In this document: positions 26,581-35,508 of the stretch, in pieces
Position numbering within the stretch: the first letter of the stretch is position 1
Layout of the letters: every line of letters begins with the position of its first letter
Virus record (IMG/VR): IMGVR_UViG_3300025153_000011
Source of the DNA: a virus
Length of the DNA stretch: 41,573 nucleotides
Strand: one strand, 5' to 3'
The notes under the pieces: model-generated
Seen by the model: the letters and a program-made list of their open reading frames with translations, nothing else
The model's database searches: none
What the model was told of the DNA's origin: nothing
Made by a program: the position numbers and the translations under genes

Positions 26581-27543
26581 TTACAGAGCTGTATACGAGA
26601 TGTCGACCAACTTGCCGAGACGTCTACAGTTGTTGAATGTCAGATTACAAGTCAACAGGATTTCCTGTTTCTTTGCAATTCTGGTATCATCTGTTCTGAA
26701 CGGCGTAGCTTTGAAGTTAGCGTCTTTGTGGACTCTGAACTTCATATACTTGCTGTTCAAGAAGTATATGATACCCTCTGGGCAGTTAGGGTCTGCTACG
26801 ATTGGCTTGCCCATAAACTCAAGAGTCTGGAAGCCGTAGTCAGCAAGCTTTTTGCCCATAGTTGTGTTGATTTGCACTTTTGCTTCAACTAGCTTGTAGT
26901 ATTCAAGCCAAGTGGCTTGTCCACACAAGATAAGGTCTGGCTGGTCATTACCATCTGAAAGAGTTAAGAATAGTCTTACCATCTTATCAAGTGATAAAGT
27001 CGCCGCTGTTCCAGGAGTTGTAGCGTGATTTGATAGAATTATTGCATTCCACCAAGAGTTTGTGCTTCTGTCGATACCACCGTACGTTCCAGTGTTGGCA
27101 ATCGCCGCCGCTAAACCAGTGATGTCTTTTCCACCATTTCCAGTGCCATCAGCGTAAAGCTGAGTAGTAACGCTACTTTTTAGCGTTTCCTCAACGATTT
27201 GGATTTTGGCTTTCAGCATACTTAGAACTTGAGTTTCCCCAGAGTTTCTCAATTCTTCATCTTTGGAGATGATGATTGGAGCAACGATGTTCTTAGTCTC
27301 AAATTCAGCGGCGGAAACTGGAATGTTAGTGTCGTACGAGATTGTGTCATACAGGCTGTATGACTTAACCCCACCTATGTTGCCATAGATTAGAGGTTCA
27401 ACAACTTTGAAGCCTCCTGGGAATGATTGCTGTCTCTGTTTCAAATAAACAAGAAACGGGTTTGACTTGTAGAAGTTATCCACAAGTTTAGGGATGTATT
27501 TCTTTTCTGTCAACGCTGTTAGAGCGTCATAATTTAATGCCAT
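26581..27543 (-). CDS. Major capsid protein (320 aa)
   Basis: GGAGG RBS. Follows the scaffold-like gene. Size and sequence character (..GFQTLEFMGKPIVADPNCPEGIIYFLN..) fit HK97-fold capsid proteins. Followed by a hairpin/T-tract. Confidence 0.75.
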   Translation of the reverse strand: MALNYDALTALTEKKYIPKLVDNFYKSNPFLVYLKQRQQSFPGGFKVVEPLIYGNIGGVKSYSLYDTISYDTNIPVSAAEFETKNIVAPIIISKDEELRNSGETQVLSMLKAKIQIVEETLKSSVTTQLYADGTGNGGKDITGLAAAIANTGTYGGIDRSTNSWWNAIILSNHATTPGTAATLSLDKMVRLFLTLSDGNDQPDLILCGQATWLEYYKLVEAKVQINTTMGKKLADYGFQTLEFMGKPIVADPNCPEGIIYFLNSKYMKFRVHKDANFKATPFRTDDTRIAKKQEILLTCNLTFNNCRRLGKLVDISYTAL

Positions 27544-27557
27544 ATTGCACCTCCGAT

Positions 27558-28382
27558 TTAATCGTCAGTGAACAGTTTTAAGCCCCCTCTGGAGAGAATG
27601 TCCTTGTCAGACAGCTTACGCATATCCGTTTGGGTTCTCGCCTTAGATGTAGACCCACTTTGTACGCCAGCCCTCTTTTGAGTGACTTGTTTGGCGTCTT
27701 TTCTTTTTTGTTCACTAACACTCTTAGCTTTGCTAATAATGGGAGCTTGCGAACCTTTCCAAGCCATAACGGCTAATTTCAACGCTTTTGCGTTATTAAC
27801 TTCGTATCCCTGGTCGGTTGCCCACTCTATAATCTTGTCAGAGTGTTTTCTAAAAGTAGGGTCTGCTAGTTTCATATCTAGCACCGCTTCCTTTAGGTCA
27901 AGAGCACTCTCACGTGTCGTATCTGCATTGTACGTGCTTGGTTCTTTGGCTTTCCCGTGTTTCAGTTGAGCCTGTATAACCAAGTCTATCGCCTCCGACA
28001 GCCCTGGATTGGACTTCAAAAGTCCCCAAAGTTTTGCCGATTGGCTTATTTCGGTAGCTTCAAGCTGTATACCCGCTACCTCGCTCATTTGTTTTACGAA
28101 CTGAGCATCTTTTCTATCCAGACGTGTCTGCACTATTTTGTCGACCATTTTCTGTTGTTTATCAGAAAACTTTACAGGCTCTCTAGTTTCCGCTTCTTCG
28201 GCTGTTTCTTCCACGTCGTCAGTGTCATCTCCCTCGACACCGTCTTCGGCTTCATCAGCATCAAAATCATCCTCTTCATCGCCCAGGTCTTCGTCTTCCA
28301 GTGTTTCGTCGTCTCCACTTGTGTCTTCATCTTGGAAATCATAATCCTCATAAGACTCAGTGTTTTCGTTTGGTAATGCCAT
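27558..28382 (-). CDS. Scaffolding protein candidate
   Basis: Position between the portal and capsid genes. Extremely acidic N-terminus (EDYDFQDEDTSGDDETLEDEDLGDEEDDFDADEAEDG) followed by helical, charged sequence. Confidence 0.6.
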   Translation of the reverse strand: MALPNENTESYEDYDFQDEDTSGDDETLEDEDLGDEEDDFDADEAEDGVEGDDTDDVEETAEEAETREPVKFSDKQQKMVDKIVQTRLDRKDAQFVKQMSEVAGIQLEATEISQSAKLWGLLKSNPGLSEAIDLVIQAQLKHGKAKEPSTYNADTTRESALDLKEAVLDMKLADPTFRKHSDKIIEWATDQGYEVNNAKALKLAVMAWKGSQAPIISKAKSVSEQKRKDAKQVTQKRAGVQSGSTSKARTQTDMRKLSDKDILSRGGLKLFTDD

Positions 28383-28447
28383 CTTTCTACCTCCGTTTTT
28401 CGTCCGTTTGACGTTATCGCACTTACCGTGTGCGTCCTCGTTAGGTC

Positions 28448-28477
28448 AATATAACCATAACTGTAAAAGATTGTCAA
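28448..28477 (-). promoter_or_regulatory. Sigma-A-type promoter inside the late operon (TTGACA - 18 nt - TATATT), upstream of the scaffold and capsid genes
   Basis: The reverse complement of 28472..28477 is TTGACA and of 28448..28453 is TATATT. It lies in the 114-nt portal-scaffold gap. Confidence 0.55.
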
Positions 28478-28496
28478 TAACTTTTTTTATTTATTT

Positions 28497-30497
28497 TTAA
28501 GCCATTTGTGGGGGAAACGTGCCATTTCCGTTTTGAGCGTCGGATACAGCCTGTAGTGGGTCATACCCCGCTTGCTCCTGTTCTCCACCAGCCATCAGCT
28601 GTTGCATAATCTGGTCTATAATCTCTGGAGGGGCTCCCTGGTCGGTCAAAATCTGCTGGAACTGTTGCATTAGCATCTCTACAGCTCCATTGCCAGCTTC
28701 GGCGTTAGGGTCTCCAGCGTCCTTACCAGTGACTTCCGCTTGTATTCTTGACAGAATTTTCCGTCTATTAGGGAAGTCCATAGTGTCAAGAACCGCTTGC
28801 CTGTCAATTGCACCCAACCTAAACAAGTCAGAAGCCACTTGGCTACGCTCTGCTTTGACACTTGGAAGTGCCGAGTCAGTGTCAATTTTAACATCCCAGT
28901 CAAAACTGATGTCAGCAAGCACAAGTGCGATGCTGTTTTGTTCTTTCCAGGCTTTACGCTCTAACTCAAGAGCTTCGTCCACTTCCAACTCTTCACTCTC
29001 GTCATACAAGAAATCTCCGTCGTCTCCAACCATAAACTGTCCCTCTTCGTCCACTTGTGGAACGCCTTGAGGCATTAATTCTGGTGGATAGTCGGCTACA
29101 ACCACAAAGGCTTTGTCATCATCAGCGTCGCTGGCTTTCAGAAGCATTTCGTCGTCATACATCTGGAATATTATGCTTAGAGTCTTAGACCCTATCTTCT
29201 GGAGGGTATAACTTACGCTATCAGATAAGACGCCAGTACGTGTTTCAGCCGAGTCTTTCAGAGAGTTTATTGCAGAACCAGCCGTTATTCCAGTAGGTCT
29301 ACGCCCCATTGCAACGTCAAACAGCCCCGATACAGTCTGCATCGCTGGTTCAGTGTCAGAACGGTAGTTGTAAATCTCCTGGTTTAGTGCTGGTGGAACG
29401 TCATAATACACCGTCTTTGATGGGTCTCCCTGTACCATATAGACTCTACCAGCTGTATTGTCTATGGTATTGGCGTTAAGACCAGACTGAGTAGAGACGT
29501 ATCTCTGCCTGTTTGTCATCAAGTTTAGGTGCTTCATAATCTTGAAATCCATTGCGTCGGCTCTGTCTTGCAGAGGCTCAATCTCTTCAATGGCTCCAAC
29601 TCCTCTTGTGTAGATGTTCTCGGCGGTCTCGTCTTCCACACAGAACCACTCGTCGAATGGATGGCTGTTATGGTCGTAAACGCTGAATTCTTCTCTTAGA
29701 GTAGTATTCCCAGCTACAGTGACAATATACCAATCGTTTTCACGTTCTTCATCCCAACATCTTATCCAAGCCTCAAAGACGTCAAATGTCTCTCCAACTC
29801 GGCTAAGACTCTTCTGGTTCTCGGACTCTTGGTCGCCACTCATAAGGTCATCATCGTCATACAAGCTGTCGATGATTTTAACTGATTTAGACTTTACAGT
29901 AGATGGAGTTATTCCATATATGGAATATATCTCTTCCACAGACACGCAAGGCTTCTTGTGAACCACCCATCTAGGATTTTTCAGCGTCAATGCCAGCGGG
30001 TCAACCAGAACGTTTTCTGGCAAGATGGACTCATAAATAATCTTGTTTTCTTCTGGGCTGAACGAGGTCTTAATGAACCCAACCGTTGAAAGCAAGCCAT
30101 TGTGAACCATTCCTTTGGTGGCTTGCTTGAGCTCTCCTTTTTCAAGGACGTCGGTTAGGACTCTTGACATCACGTCAGACGCCAGGTCATCTTTCTCGCC
30201 TCTTGGAACCACAGTAATGAACGGCAAGTTCTTAGTAAGAACCGCCTTTAGTGTTTCCACGTTGGAGAAGATGTAGTTAGTGAAATAAATTAACCCGCCA
30301 GACCCAGTGTCATTTAGCAGATAACTTAGCCCACGTCTGTATTTACGTCTATAACGTTCCCATACGGGGAGTCTCTGGCTCAGCACAATCGTACTGTCCT
30401 CGACCAACGCTCTAACCGTGTCTACAGGGTTGCTTTTTAGCTTGGCATAAATGCTGTCTGCTGGTGCAGTCTTGTTCTTATCCTGTGGCTTCGTCAT
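28497..30497 (-). CDS. Portal protein (666 aa)
   Basis: Size and position downstream of the large terminase and upstream of scaffold/capsid. AGGGGG RBS. Confidence 0.7.
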   Translation of the reverse strand: MTKPQDKNKTAPADSIYAKLKSNPVDTVRALVEDSTIVLSQRLPVWERYRRKYRRGLSYLLNDTGSGGLIYFTNYIFSNVETLKAVLTKNLPFITVVPRGEKDDLASDVMSRVLTDVLEKGELKQATKGMVHNGLLSTVGFIKTSFSPEENKIIYESILPENVLVDPLALTLKNPRWVVHKKPCVSVEEIYSIYGITPSTVKSKSVKIIDSLYDDDDLMSGDQESENQKSLSRVGETFDVFEAWIRCWDEERENDWYIVTVAGNTTLREEFSVYDHNSHPFDEWFCVEDETAENIYTRGVGAIEEIEPLQDRADAMDFKIMKHLNLMTNRQRYVSTQSGLNANTIDNTAGRVYMVQGDPSKTVYYDVPPALNQEIYNYRSDTEPAMQTVSGLFDVAMGRRPTGITAGSAINSLKDSAETRTGVLSDSVSYTLQKIGSKTLSIIFQMYDDEMLLKASDADDDKAFVVVADYPPELMPQGVPQVDEEGQFMVGDDGDFLYDESEELEVDEALELERKAWKEQNSIALVLADISFDWDVKIDTDSALPSVKAERSQVASDLFRLGAIDRQAVLDTMDFPNRRKILSRIQAEVTGKDAGDPNAEAGNGAVEMLMQQFQQILTDQGAPPEIIDQIMQQLMAGGEQEQAGYDPLQAVSDAQNGNGTFPPQMA

Positions 30498-30903
30498 TTA
30501 CAACACCCCCTGTCTTGGTTAGGTTATAGGCTTTTCTTACGTGTAGTGGTAGCTCGTCCATTTTGGTTACGCCATAAGCAAGAAGTATCTCCTGTGGTAT
30601 GGGCTCCGCCTGTTCTCTTATCTCATTTAGTGTTTGTACGTTCTCTAAAATTTCAGCCTGTTCTTTCTTGGCTCTGGCGTTGTCACGCTCGTAGATTGTA
30701 GCCTCCAGGTGTCTGTACTCTCTGTACCCAGCACTTTTGCCCTCATTGAAGCCCCGCTGGTACCCAATTCCGTCTCCGGAATGTGTTCCTTTATCGTTCA
30801 CGTAAGCATTCCCTTTCTTATAGCCTAAGTCATAACATACAGTGCTTCCGAGTACGAACACCCCCATCATCAAAACGAGTATTATAATTTCATAGTATGC
30901 CAT
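30478..30903 (-). CDS. Hypothetical membrane-anchored protein (141 aa) between the terminase and portal genes
   Basis: GAGGAGGAG RBS. N-terminal hydrophobic helix YYEIIILVLMMGVFVLGSTV. Confidence 0.55.
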   Translation of the reverse strand: MAYYEIIILVLMMGVFVLGSTVCYDLGYKKGNAYVNDKGTHSGDGIGYQRGFNEGKSAGYREYRHLEATIYERDNARAKKEQAEILENVQTLNEIREQAEPIPQEILLAYGVTKMDELPLHVRKAYNLTKTGGVVNDEATG

Positions 30904-32387
30904 TTTATCTCCTCCTCTTCATTCTTCATAAGGTTGTGCAAAAGATATTCTACCGTGTCCGTTTTCATACCAGCGTTGATACTGTCATTTACCACAAAGC
31001 TGGAGAAGTCGTCATCTGACTCGAACAGCATTGCTAGAACGTCGGCTCTGTCTGGGGAATTCAATCCACGTTTCTTTGCTTCTTCCTTAGACTCCAGCTG
31101 GTAGCGTCCAGCCCCGTCAAACTTGTACTTCAGTGCTGAGAGTTGCCCAACCATTACTTCGTCTGGTGCAATATTAATCTCGTTCTTACGGAATTTCTCT
31201 CTGAGATTGTACCAGGACTCCGTACGCTTGTTAATAAACTTATCCGCACTGAAAGCTCTCTCCTGTGCAACGAAGTCTATTGCTTTATAACCCCACGCTC
31301 TTAGAATGTCAGCCACACCAGCCCCTATTCCAACTGCGTCTACTTTGATGAACTCTGGCTTTTCCTCGTCTGCAAGGCGTCTGCACGCTTTAGACAAGGT
31401 ATAAACATCAATGTTAGTGAGGATTTCGATACGTGTAACGGAATTACCCTTACGGATACCTATTACGCTCTCGTCGTCCCCGAACCTAGCCACGTCTACA
31501 GCCATCGTTACTCTATCTTTGGACTCATATTTCAGCTCACGTTCTTTAGCCCGAAGTACCCAACCAAGCGGTATCATCGTGTCACTACCAAGCAACGGGA
31601 AGTTACCCATTACACGGGACTGAAATGCGGGAGAGTCTTCCCCCCACTCAGTCAGACGCTCTGAAACCCACTGAGGCGTGATAAGTGCTGGGTAAACTAT
31701 CCCGGGTGCTCCCGCCAGGTTCCAGGTTCCGTTCTTTATACTCTCAAGCGTTATCCCATTATCCGTGAAATTGGGTGTGTCAAAGGCGGATATGTGGATT
31801 TTCTTGTAGAGTGGCGAGCTAAAGGCATCAAAAAATCTCCCAGACGGTTCCGTTGGGTTCCCTATAACGAGCAATCTCGACCCGTGCGACGTAAGAATGG
31901 CGTCCATACCCTCCCAAATAGGGGGTTCAACTCCAGCTCCTTCGTCAATTACGCCAAGTATGTGCTCTGCGTGGAACCCTTGAAATCTGTTGGGGTCATC
32001 TGTGGAAAGCCCTACGGCAAACCACTTGGCTCCCAACGTCCAAGAGACGTTTAAACACTTCCCCCCAAGTGGATACTTGGAGTTACGGTGTATGCTGTTA
32101 ATTTCTTGCCAGAGCAACTGTTGTACTTGCCTGGCTGTTGGTGCTGTAGATACGATTACCGAATTAGGGTGGCAAGTAAGAAACCAAGCACACGTGTTAG
32201 CCGTTGTAAAGGTTTTTCCAGCCCCATTACACGAACGTACAGCGGTTCTTGAGTTATCTCGTACGGATTTCATTATCTGACTCTGCTTGCTCCATAATTT
32301 TGTCATCCCGACCACGTTCTCCACAAAGAAAGTCGGGTCTTCTTTACCCTTTGAGTACAAATCCAGTAAGCTTTTATCTATAGCCAT
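30882..32387 (-). CDS. terL: Terminase large subunit
   Basis: Walker A-like CNGAGKTFT, Walker B-like LGVIDEGAG, and a C-terminal RNaseH-like nuclease motif MAVDVARFGDDESVIG. Confidence 0.9.
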   Translation of the reverse strand: MAIDKSLLDLYSKGKEDPTFFVENVVGMTKLWSKQSQIMKSVRDNSRTAVRSCNGAGKTFTTANTCAWFLTCHPNSVIVSTAPTARQVQQLLWQEINSIHRNSKYPLGGKCLNVSWTLGAKWFAVGLSTDDPNRFQGFHAEHILGVIDEGAGVEPPIWEGMDAILTSHGSRLLVIGNPTEPSGRFFDAFSSPLYKKIHISAFDTPNFTDNGITLESIKNGTWNLAGAPGIVYPALITPQWVSERLTEWGEDSPAFQSRVMGNFPLLGSDTMIPLGWVLRAKERELKYESKDRVTMAVDVARFGDDESVIGIRKGNSVTRIEILTNIDVYTLSKACRRLADEEKPEFIKVDAVGIGAGVADILRAWGYKAIDFVAQERAFSADKFINKRTESWYNLREKFRKNEINIAPDEVMVGQLSALKYKFDGAGRYQLESKEEAKKRGLNSPDRADVLAMLFESDDDFSSFVVNDSINAGMKTDTVEYLLHNLMKNEEEEIKWHTMKL

Positions 32388-32388
32388 A

Positions 32389-32622
32389 CTATTCCTTTCC
32401 CAACGTCTTTGCGTAGGTTCTTACGTCTTGCATCAGCATATCTACTGCAATTTCAAGGGGCAACCCCTTGTTTGGAGTGGCGTCAATCTCTGCTCTCCCT
32501 GTCGGAGTACCATAATACGTTCTCAGCTCCTCCTCAAGAATGTCTACAGCTAGCCCGAGGTCATTCTCCTTGATGTATAATTCACAAAATCTACCTTTAA
32601 TGTCATTAATTGTCTTAGCCAT
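32389..32622 (-). CDS. Hypothetical protein (77 aa)
   Basis: GAGGAGG RBS. TAATG overlap with the terS stop. Lies between the terminase subunit genes. Confidence 0.55.
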   Translation of the reverse strand: MAKTINDIKGRFCELYIKENDLGLAVDILEEELRTYYGTPTGRAEIDATPNKGLPLEIAVDMLMQDVRTYAKTLGKE

Positions 32623-33254
32623 TATATAACCTCCTCGAAATCTACGTCAACTACAACTGGCGGGTTCATATCTACCACTGGGGTGTCCTCTGGTGCTGGA
32701 GCGTCAAGCATAATCTTTGCCTGGCTCGCAAGCTCAGACCAGGTATGCACAACAGTCCCGTGAATGTTTACGTCCTTAGTGTCTTTTCTAGCATATTTCT
32801 CTGGTTTGCTGGCTCGAATTGCCTCAATCATTAATTTGTCCGACCCATTCATCGCCCGCCGTATCAACTCCTCTTCAAGAGCGTCCTGTGCCATCGCCAT
32901 CGCTTCGGCTAGTGCTGAGCAAAACTCTGGGTCATCGTTCCACTTTGTTGCCACAAGGTATGGAACACCAGCTCCCGTACAAGCCCCCATCTTCGTTCCC
33001 TTTACAGCGTACTGCATAATATACATCTGTTGCTGTGGGCTGAGTTTAGTCTTACTAAAATCAAACAGCGGGCTCGGATTAGACACCAACTCCAACGCAC
33101 TTCGCATCGGGTAGGGTGCCCCCATCGACATTGCTCCTACTGGGGCTACTGGTAAAGGCTTCAACGGTTTAAATTCCAGCTCTTCTTCGTCATCGTCGAC
33201 ATCAAAAGTGTCGTCTACTAAGATTTCGTCAAAGTCTATTACAAAATCACTCAT
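32622..33254 (-). CDS. terS: Terminase small subunit candidate (210 aa)
   Basis: First gene after the late promoter. AAAGGGGA RBS before ATG at 33254. HTH-like LSPQQQMYIMQYAVKGTKMGACTGAGVPYLVATKW resembles the small-terminase N-terminal pattern. The ORF-track start at 33320 is rejected. Confidence 0.6.
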   Translation of the reverse strand: MSDFVIDFDEILVDDTFDVDDDEEELEFKPLKPLPVAPVGAMSMGAPYPMRSALELVSNPSPLFDFSKTKLSPQQQMYIMQYAVKGTKMGACTGAGVPYLVATKWNDDPEFCSALAEAMAMAQDALEEELIRRAMNGSDKLMIEAIRASKPEKYARKDTKDVNIHGTVVHTWSELASQAKIMLDAPAPEDTPVVDMNPPVVVDVDFEEVI

Positions 33255-33408
33255 AATGCGTCCCCTTTCTCTCTTTAAAATCAATATACTACCGACCGAT
33301 AACCGTGTCAACAAAAACAAAGAAGCACGCCCCCAAGTAAGCAGAGACGTGCTTCATCTGAAAAGAGAAAAATTCACAGAAAGGTAATTATAACTCTCAG
33401 TCACGCTC

Positions 33409-33437
33409 ATAATATCACGCTGTTGGGTGGGTGTCAA
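33409..33437 (-). promoter_or_regulatory. Sigma-A-type promoter of the packaging/structural operon (TTGACA - 17 nt - TGaTATTAT)
   Basis: The reverse complement of 33432..33437 is TTGACA and of 33409..33414 is TATTAT, with a 17-nt spacer and a TGa extended -10. Confidence 0.65.
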
Positions 33438-33440
33438 CAC

Positions 33441-33478
33441 AAATAAAAAGCCCCCTCCAAGCTATTGAAAAGGGGGCT
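33441..33478 (-). terminator. Rho-independent terminator ending the leftward early operon
   Basis: Stem agccccct (33449..33456) / agggggct (33471..33478), 14-nt loop. On the - strand it is followed by TTTTATTT (complement of 33441..33448). Confidence 0.65.
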
Positions 33479-33623
33479 AGTGTTGTTTTTGATTACCCGT
33501 TAAAAATATAGATTTTTCCTTTGTTTTTATTTGTGGTAAAAAACAAAATTTACTCTTTCAAACTATTTTTAGATATAACGAATTGGTACACTGTATAAAA
33601 ACCACTAAATATGGTGTACCCTC

Positions 33624-33803
33624 TTATGCCTTAATCATCCCGTTTCCCTTTAAGACAACCAATAGGGCGTTGAACTTAGTCACAAGGGCGTCGTACTCAG
33701 CTTTTGTCGGAGCCGCCGCTGCAACTGTCGCCGCAGTAATCGCCGTATCTGAGCTCAAAACTAAACTCTGTCCTGTCACTAATGCTTTTACTAATCCAGC
33801 CAT
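33624..33803 (-). CDS. Small hypothetical protein (59 aa), below the ORF-track cutoff
   Basis: AAGGAG RBS, ATG at 33803, TAA at 33626..33624. Translation MAGLVKALVTGQSLVLSSDTAITAATVAAAAPTKAEYDALVTKFNALLVVLKGNGMIKA. Preferred over the antisense + ORF 33583..33831, which has no RBS. Confidence 0.55.
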   Translation of the reverse strand: MAGLVKALVTGQSLVLSSDTAITAATVAAAAPTKAEYDALVTKFNALLVVLKGNGMIKA

Positions 33804-33827
33804 AATATTTCTCCTTTCTAAAGTTAT

Positions 33828-34319
33828 TTAGTATAAAAAACGGTGCTTTCCTCTACTCCCTACCACAGTCTTTGTGTCAGCCCAATATGGGTCACACTTT
33901 TCTGGGTTATAAAAATGGGTCACGTTCGAGTCAAACTCCTTTACACCCTGTAAAAAAACCTCGTTCACTACTGTCTGGCATTCCTCTGTCACAGTGCCCA
34001 TATACGGTGGTGCAAATTGTGATGGTGCGTTAAGTATCTCATTAACACCCTTGTCCCACAGAATATGTCTGTCAAAGATACACTGTGCCACACCCCTCAT
34101 ATTCTCAATCGGCTCGCCCCGTGTCTCCGCCATCACAATCCTGGCTACACTCTGGAGCGTCTCCTGGCTGTACGCTGGCTGGGATATTGTCTGTACTCTT
34201 GGACTGGGTAACACCTGTTTTGGAATGTAATCTCCACCAACACCCGTCACGACAGACCCACATAACATCACGAAACTTACACACAGCACTAACGTCAGCC
34301 CTCGTATCAATACCCACAC
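33828..34319 (-). CDS. SleB-like cell-wall hydrolase (Hydrolase_2 family) with N-terminal signal/anchor helix
   Basis: VARIVMAETRGEPIENMRGVAQCIFDR...NAPSQF... matches the SleB/CwlJ-type pattern as I recall it. N-terminal hydrophobic LTLVLCVSFVMLCGSVV. The GTG start at 34319 is uncertain. Confidence 0.7.
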   Translation of the reverse strand: MWVLIRGLTLVLCVSFVMLCGSVVTGVGGDYIPKQVLPSPRVQTISQPAYSQETLQSVARIVMAETRGEPIENMRGVAQCIFDRHILWDKGVNEILNAPSQFAPPYMGTVTEECQTVVNEVFLQGVKEFDSNVTHFYNPEKCDPYWADTKTVVGSRGKHRFLY

Positions 34320-34537
34320 CCAACTCTATCCAGCTCCATAATCTGGAGTCTCAACGCTTTCATTTTAACCATCGCCACGCTGTACGACGCCAACGCTGGT
34401 GTAGGTTTATTATTGCATATCAGCCATCTTACCTCGGCGATGCTCTCTTCGATGTCAGTAACCAAGTCCGTACAAACGTCCTCTTGCTTTTCCACTTTGG
34501 ATTCGTACTCCAAACTTTTCAACACAGGCTCCCTCAT
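34307..34537 (-). CDS. Hypothetical protein (76 aa)
   Basis: GAGGT RBS and ATG at 34537. Part of the leftward early operon. Confidence 0.5.
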   Translation of the reverse strand: MREPVLKSLEYESKVEKQEDVCTDLVTDIEESIAEVRWLICNNKPTPALASYSVAMVKMKALRLQIMELDRVGCGY

Positions 34538-34543
34538 AGCTTC

Positions 34544-35044
34544 TTACCTCGTCCTTTCCGATGGCAAGTGATAGCGACAAACAACTTCCAGCTGAACCAC
34601 AAACTCTGGGCTCCCGTTGGAAATATTGTGGATATAATCCGTCAGCTCGTGAATGTACTTACAAACATTCCCAAGATTGTGCACGCATCTCTCACACGGC
34701 ACAGTTAATTTCAACTCTGTTTTGACGCGGTCATCATAACACCTCTCAGATATCGGTACTTGTACCCCAATACCACAGTCATTAAAGTTATTATTAATGT
34801 GTTCCATAGGGTCTGGGTCAACTTTGGTCTTACTTCCTGGTCTAGCCATACCATACTTCTCTTGCAACTCGAATTCTCTGGCTCTTTTCATAAGGTTCTC
34901 TACGGTCTCTGGTATTCCGTGTCCCCCATAATCCATCCTAGCGTCTTTCTGTTTTTTAAGTGCCTCATACTCAGATGATTCGCAGTCTGTGGTTTCCCAC
35001 TTATTTCCCGCTGGGGGCATTCCTTTACAGTCTTCTCTTAACAT
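34544..35044 (-). CDS. Cys-rich hypothetical protein (166 aa)
   Basis: AAGGAGA RBS and ATG at 35044. First gene downstream of two tandem promoters. Eight Cys in total, including CERCVHNLGNVC. Confidence 0.6.
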   Translation of the reverse strand: MLREDCKGMPPAGNKWETTDCESSEYEALKKQKDARMDYGGHGIPETVENLMKRAREFELQEKYGMARPGSKTKVDPDPMEHINNNFNDCGIGVQVPISERCYDDRVKTELKLTVPCERCVHNLGNVCKYIHELTDYIHNISNGSPEFVVQLEVVCRYHLPSERTR

Positions 35045-35086
35045 AATTCAGTCTCCTTTTTTCTGTGAATTTAACTTATTGAAACC

Positions 35087-35115
35087 ACAATACACGATGG
35101 ATTTTAGGCTGTCAA
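35087..35115 (-). promoter_or_regulatory. Sigma-A-type promoter (TTGACA - 17 nt - TATTGT), proximal leftward early promoter
   Basis: The reverse complement of 35110..35115 is TTGACA and of 35087..35092 is TATTGT. Confidence 0.6.
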
Positions 35116-35141
35116 GCATTATTTTGATAAACTTGTATGAT

Positions 35142-35170
35142 ATTTTAATTTAGGTTGAGGAGTCTGTCAA
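35142..35170 (-). promoter_or_regulatory. Sigma-A-type promoter (TTGACA - 17 nt - TAAAAT), distal leftward early promoter
   Basis: The reverse complement of 35165..35170 is TTGACA and of 35142..35147 is TAAAAT. Confidence 0.6.
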
Positions 35171-35479
35171 AAGTATTTAAAATAAATATATATTTTTTCG
35201 AGGGGGGTATGACGCTCTTAGCATCTTATAACGTCAGATGGTACCTAATTGCTAGAGGATTTAAAATAATTTCTCGAAGAGGAGGTAGTCATAGTTCCCC
35301 CCGCCCCCTCGTGAGTTGGTAGCTTGGCAACTGTTTTTAGGTACCCCATTTAATAATCAATAATTATTTATGCTATAGGGGTAAAATAAATAAGCTTAAA
35401 AAAATCAAGCCCTGGCATTGCAGTGCCTCAAGGCATTATATGGATTGATAGCACACTATAAAATAAATATGAGATATTG

Positions 35480-35508
35480 TTGACGTGTTTAGCAACCTAT
35501 GGTTTAAT
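35480..35508 (+). promoter_or_regulatory. Sigma-A-type promoter (TTGACG - 17 nt - TGgTTTAAT), rightward early promoter
   Basis: TTGACG at 35480..35485 and TTTAAT at 35503..35508, preceded by TGg. Confidence 0.6.

Noticed and set aside
27957-28376. 139-aa and neighbouring + strand ORFs antisense to the scaffold gene
   Set aside because: They are products of the low-complexity acidic coding tract on the opposite strand. They have no RBS.
33583-33831. 82-aa + strand ORF
   Set aside because: It has no RBS and runs against the transcription direction set by the flanking promoter and terminator. The opposite strand holds a 59-aa ORF with a strong AAGGAG RBS.
34085-34708. 207-aa + strand ORF
   Set aside because: It is entirely antisense to three tightly packed, RBS-led - strand genes, including the recognisable SleB-like hydrolase. 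It has no RBS, and its His/Pro/Ser/Arg-rich composition is typical of an antisense frame.
35209-35322. 37-codon ORF (MTLLASYNVRWYLIARGFKIISRRGGSHSSPRPLVSW)
   Set aside because: The G-run ends only 1-3 nt before the ATG, which is poor SD spacing. There is no support beyond a weak promoter candidate. It is kept only as a remark inside a finding.
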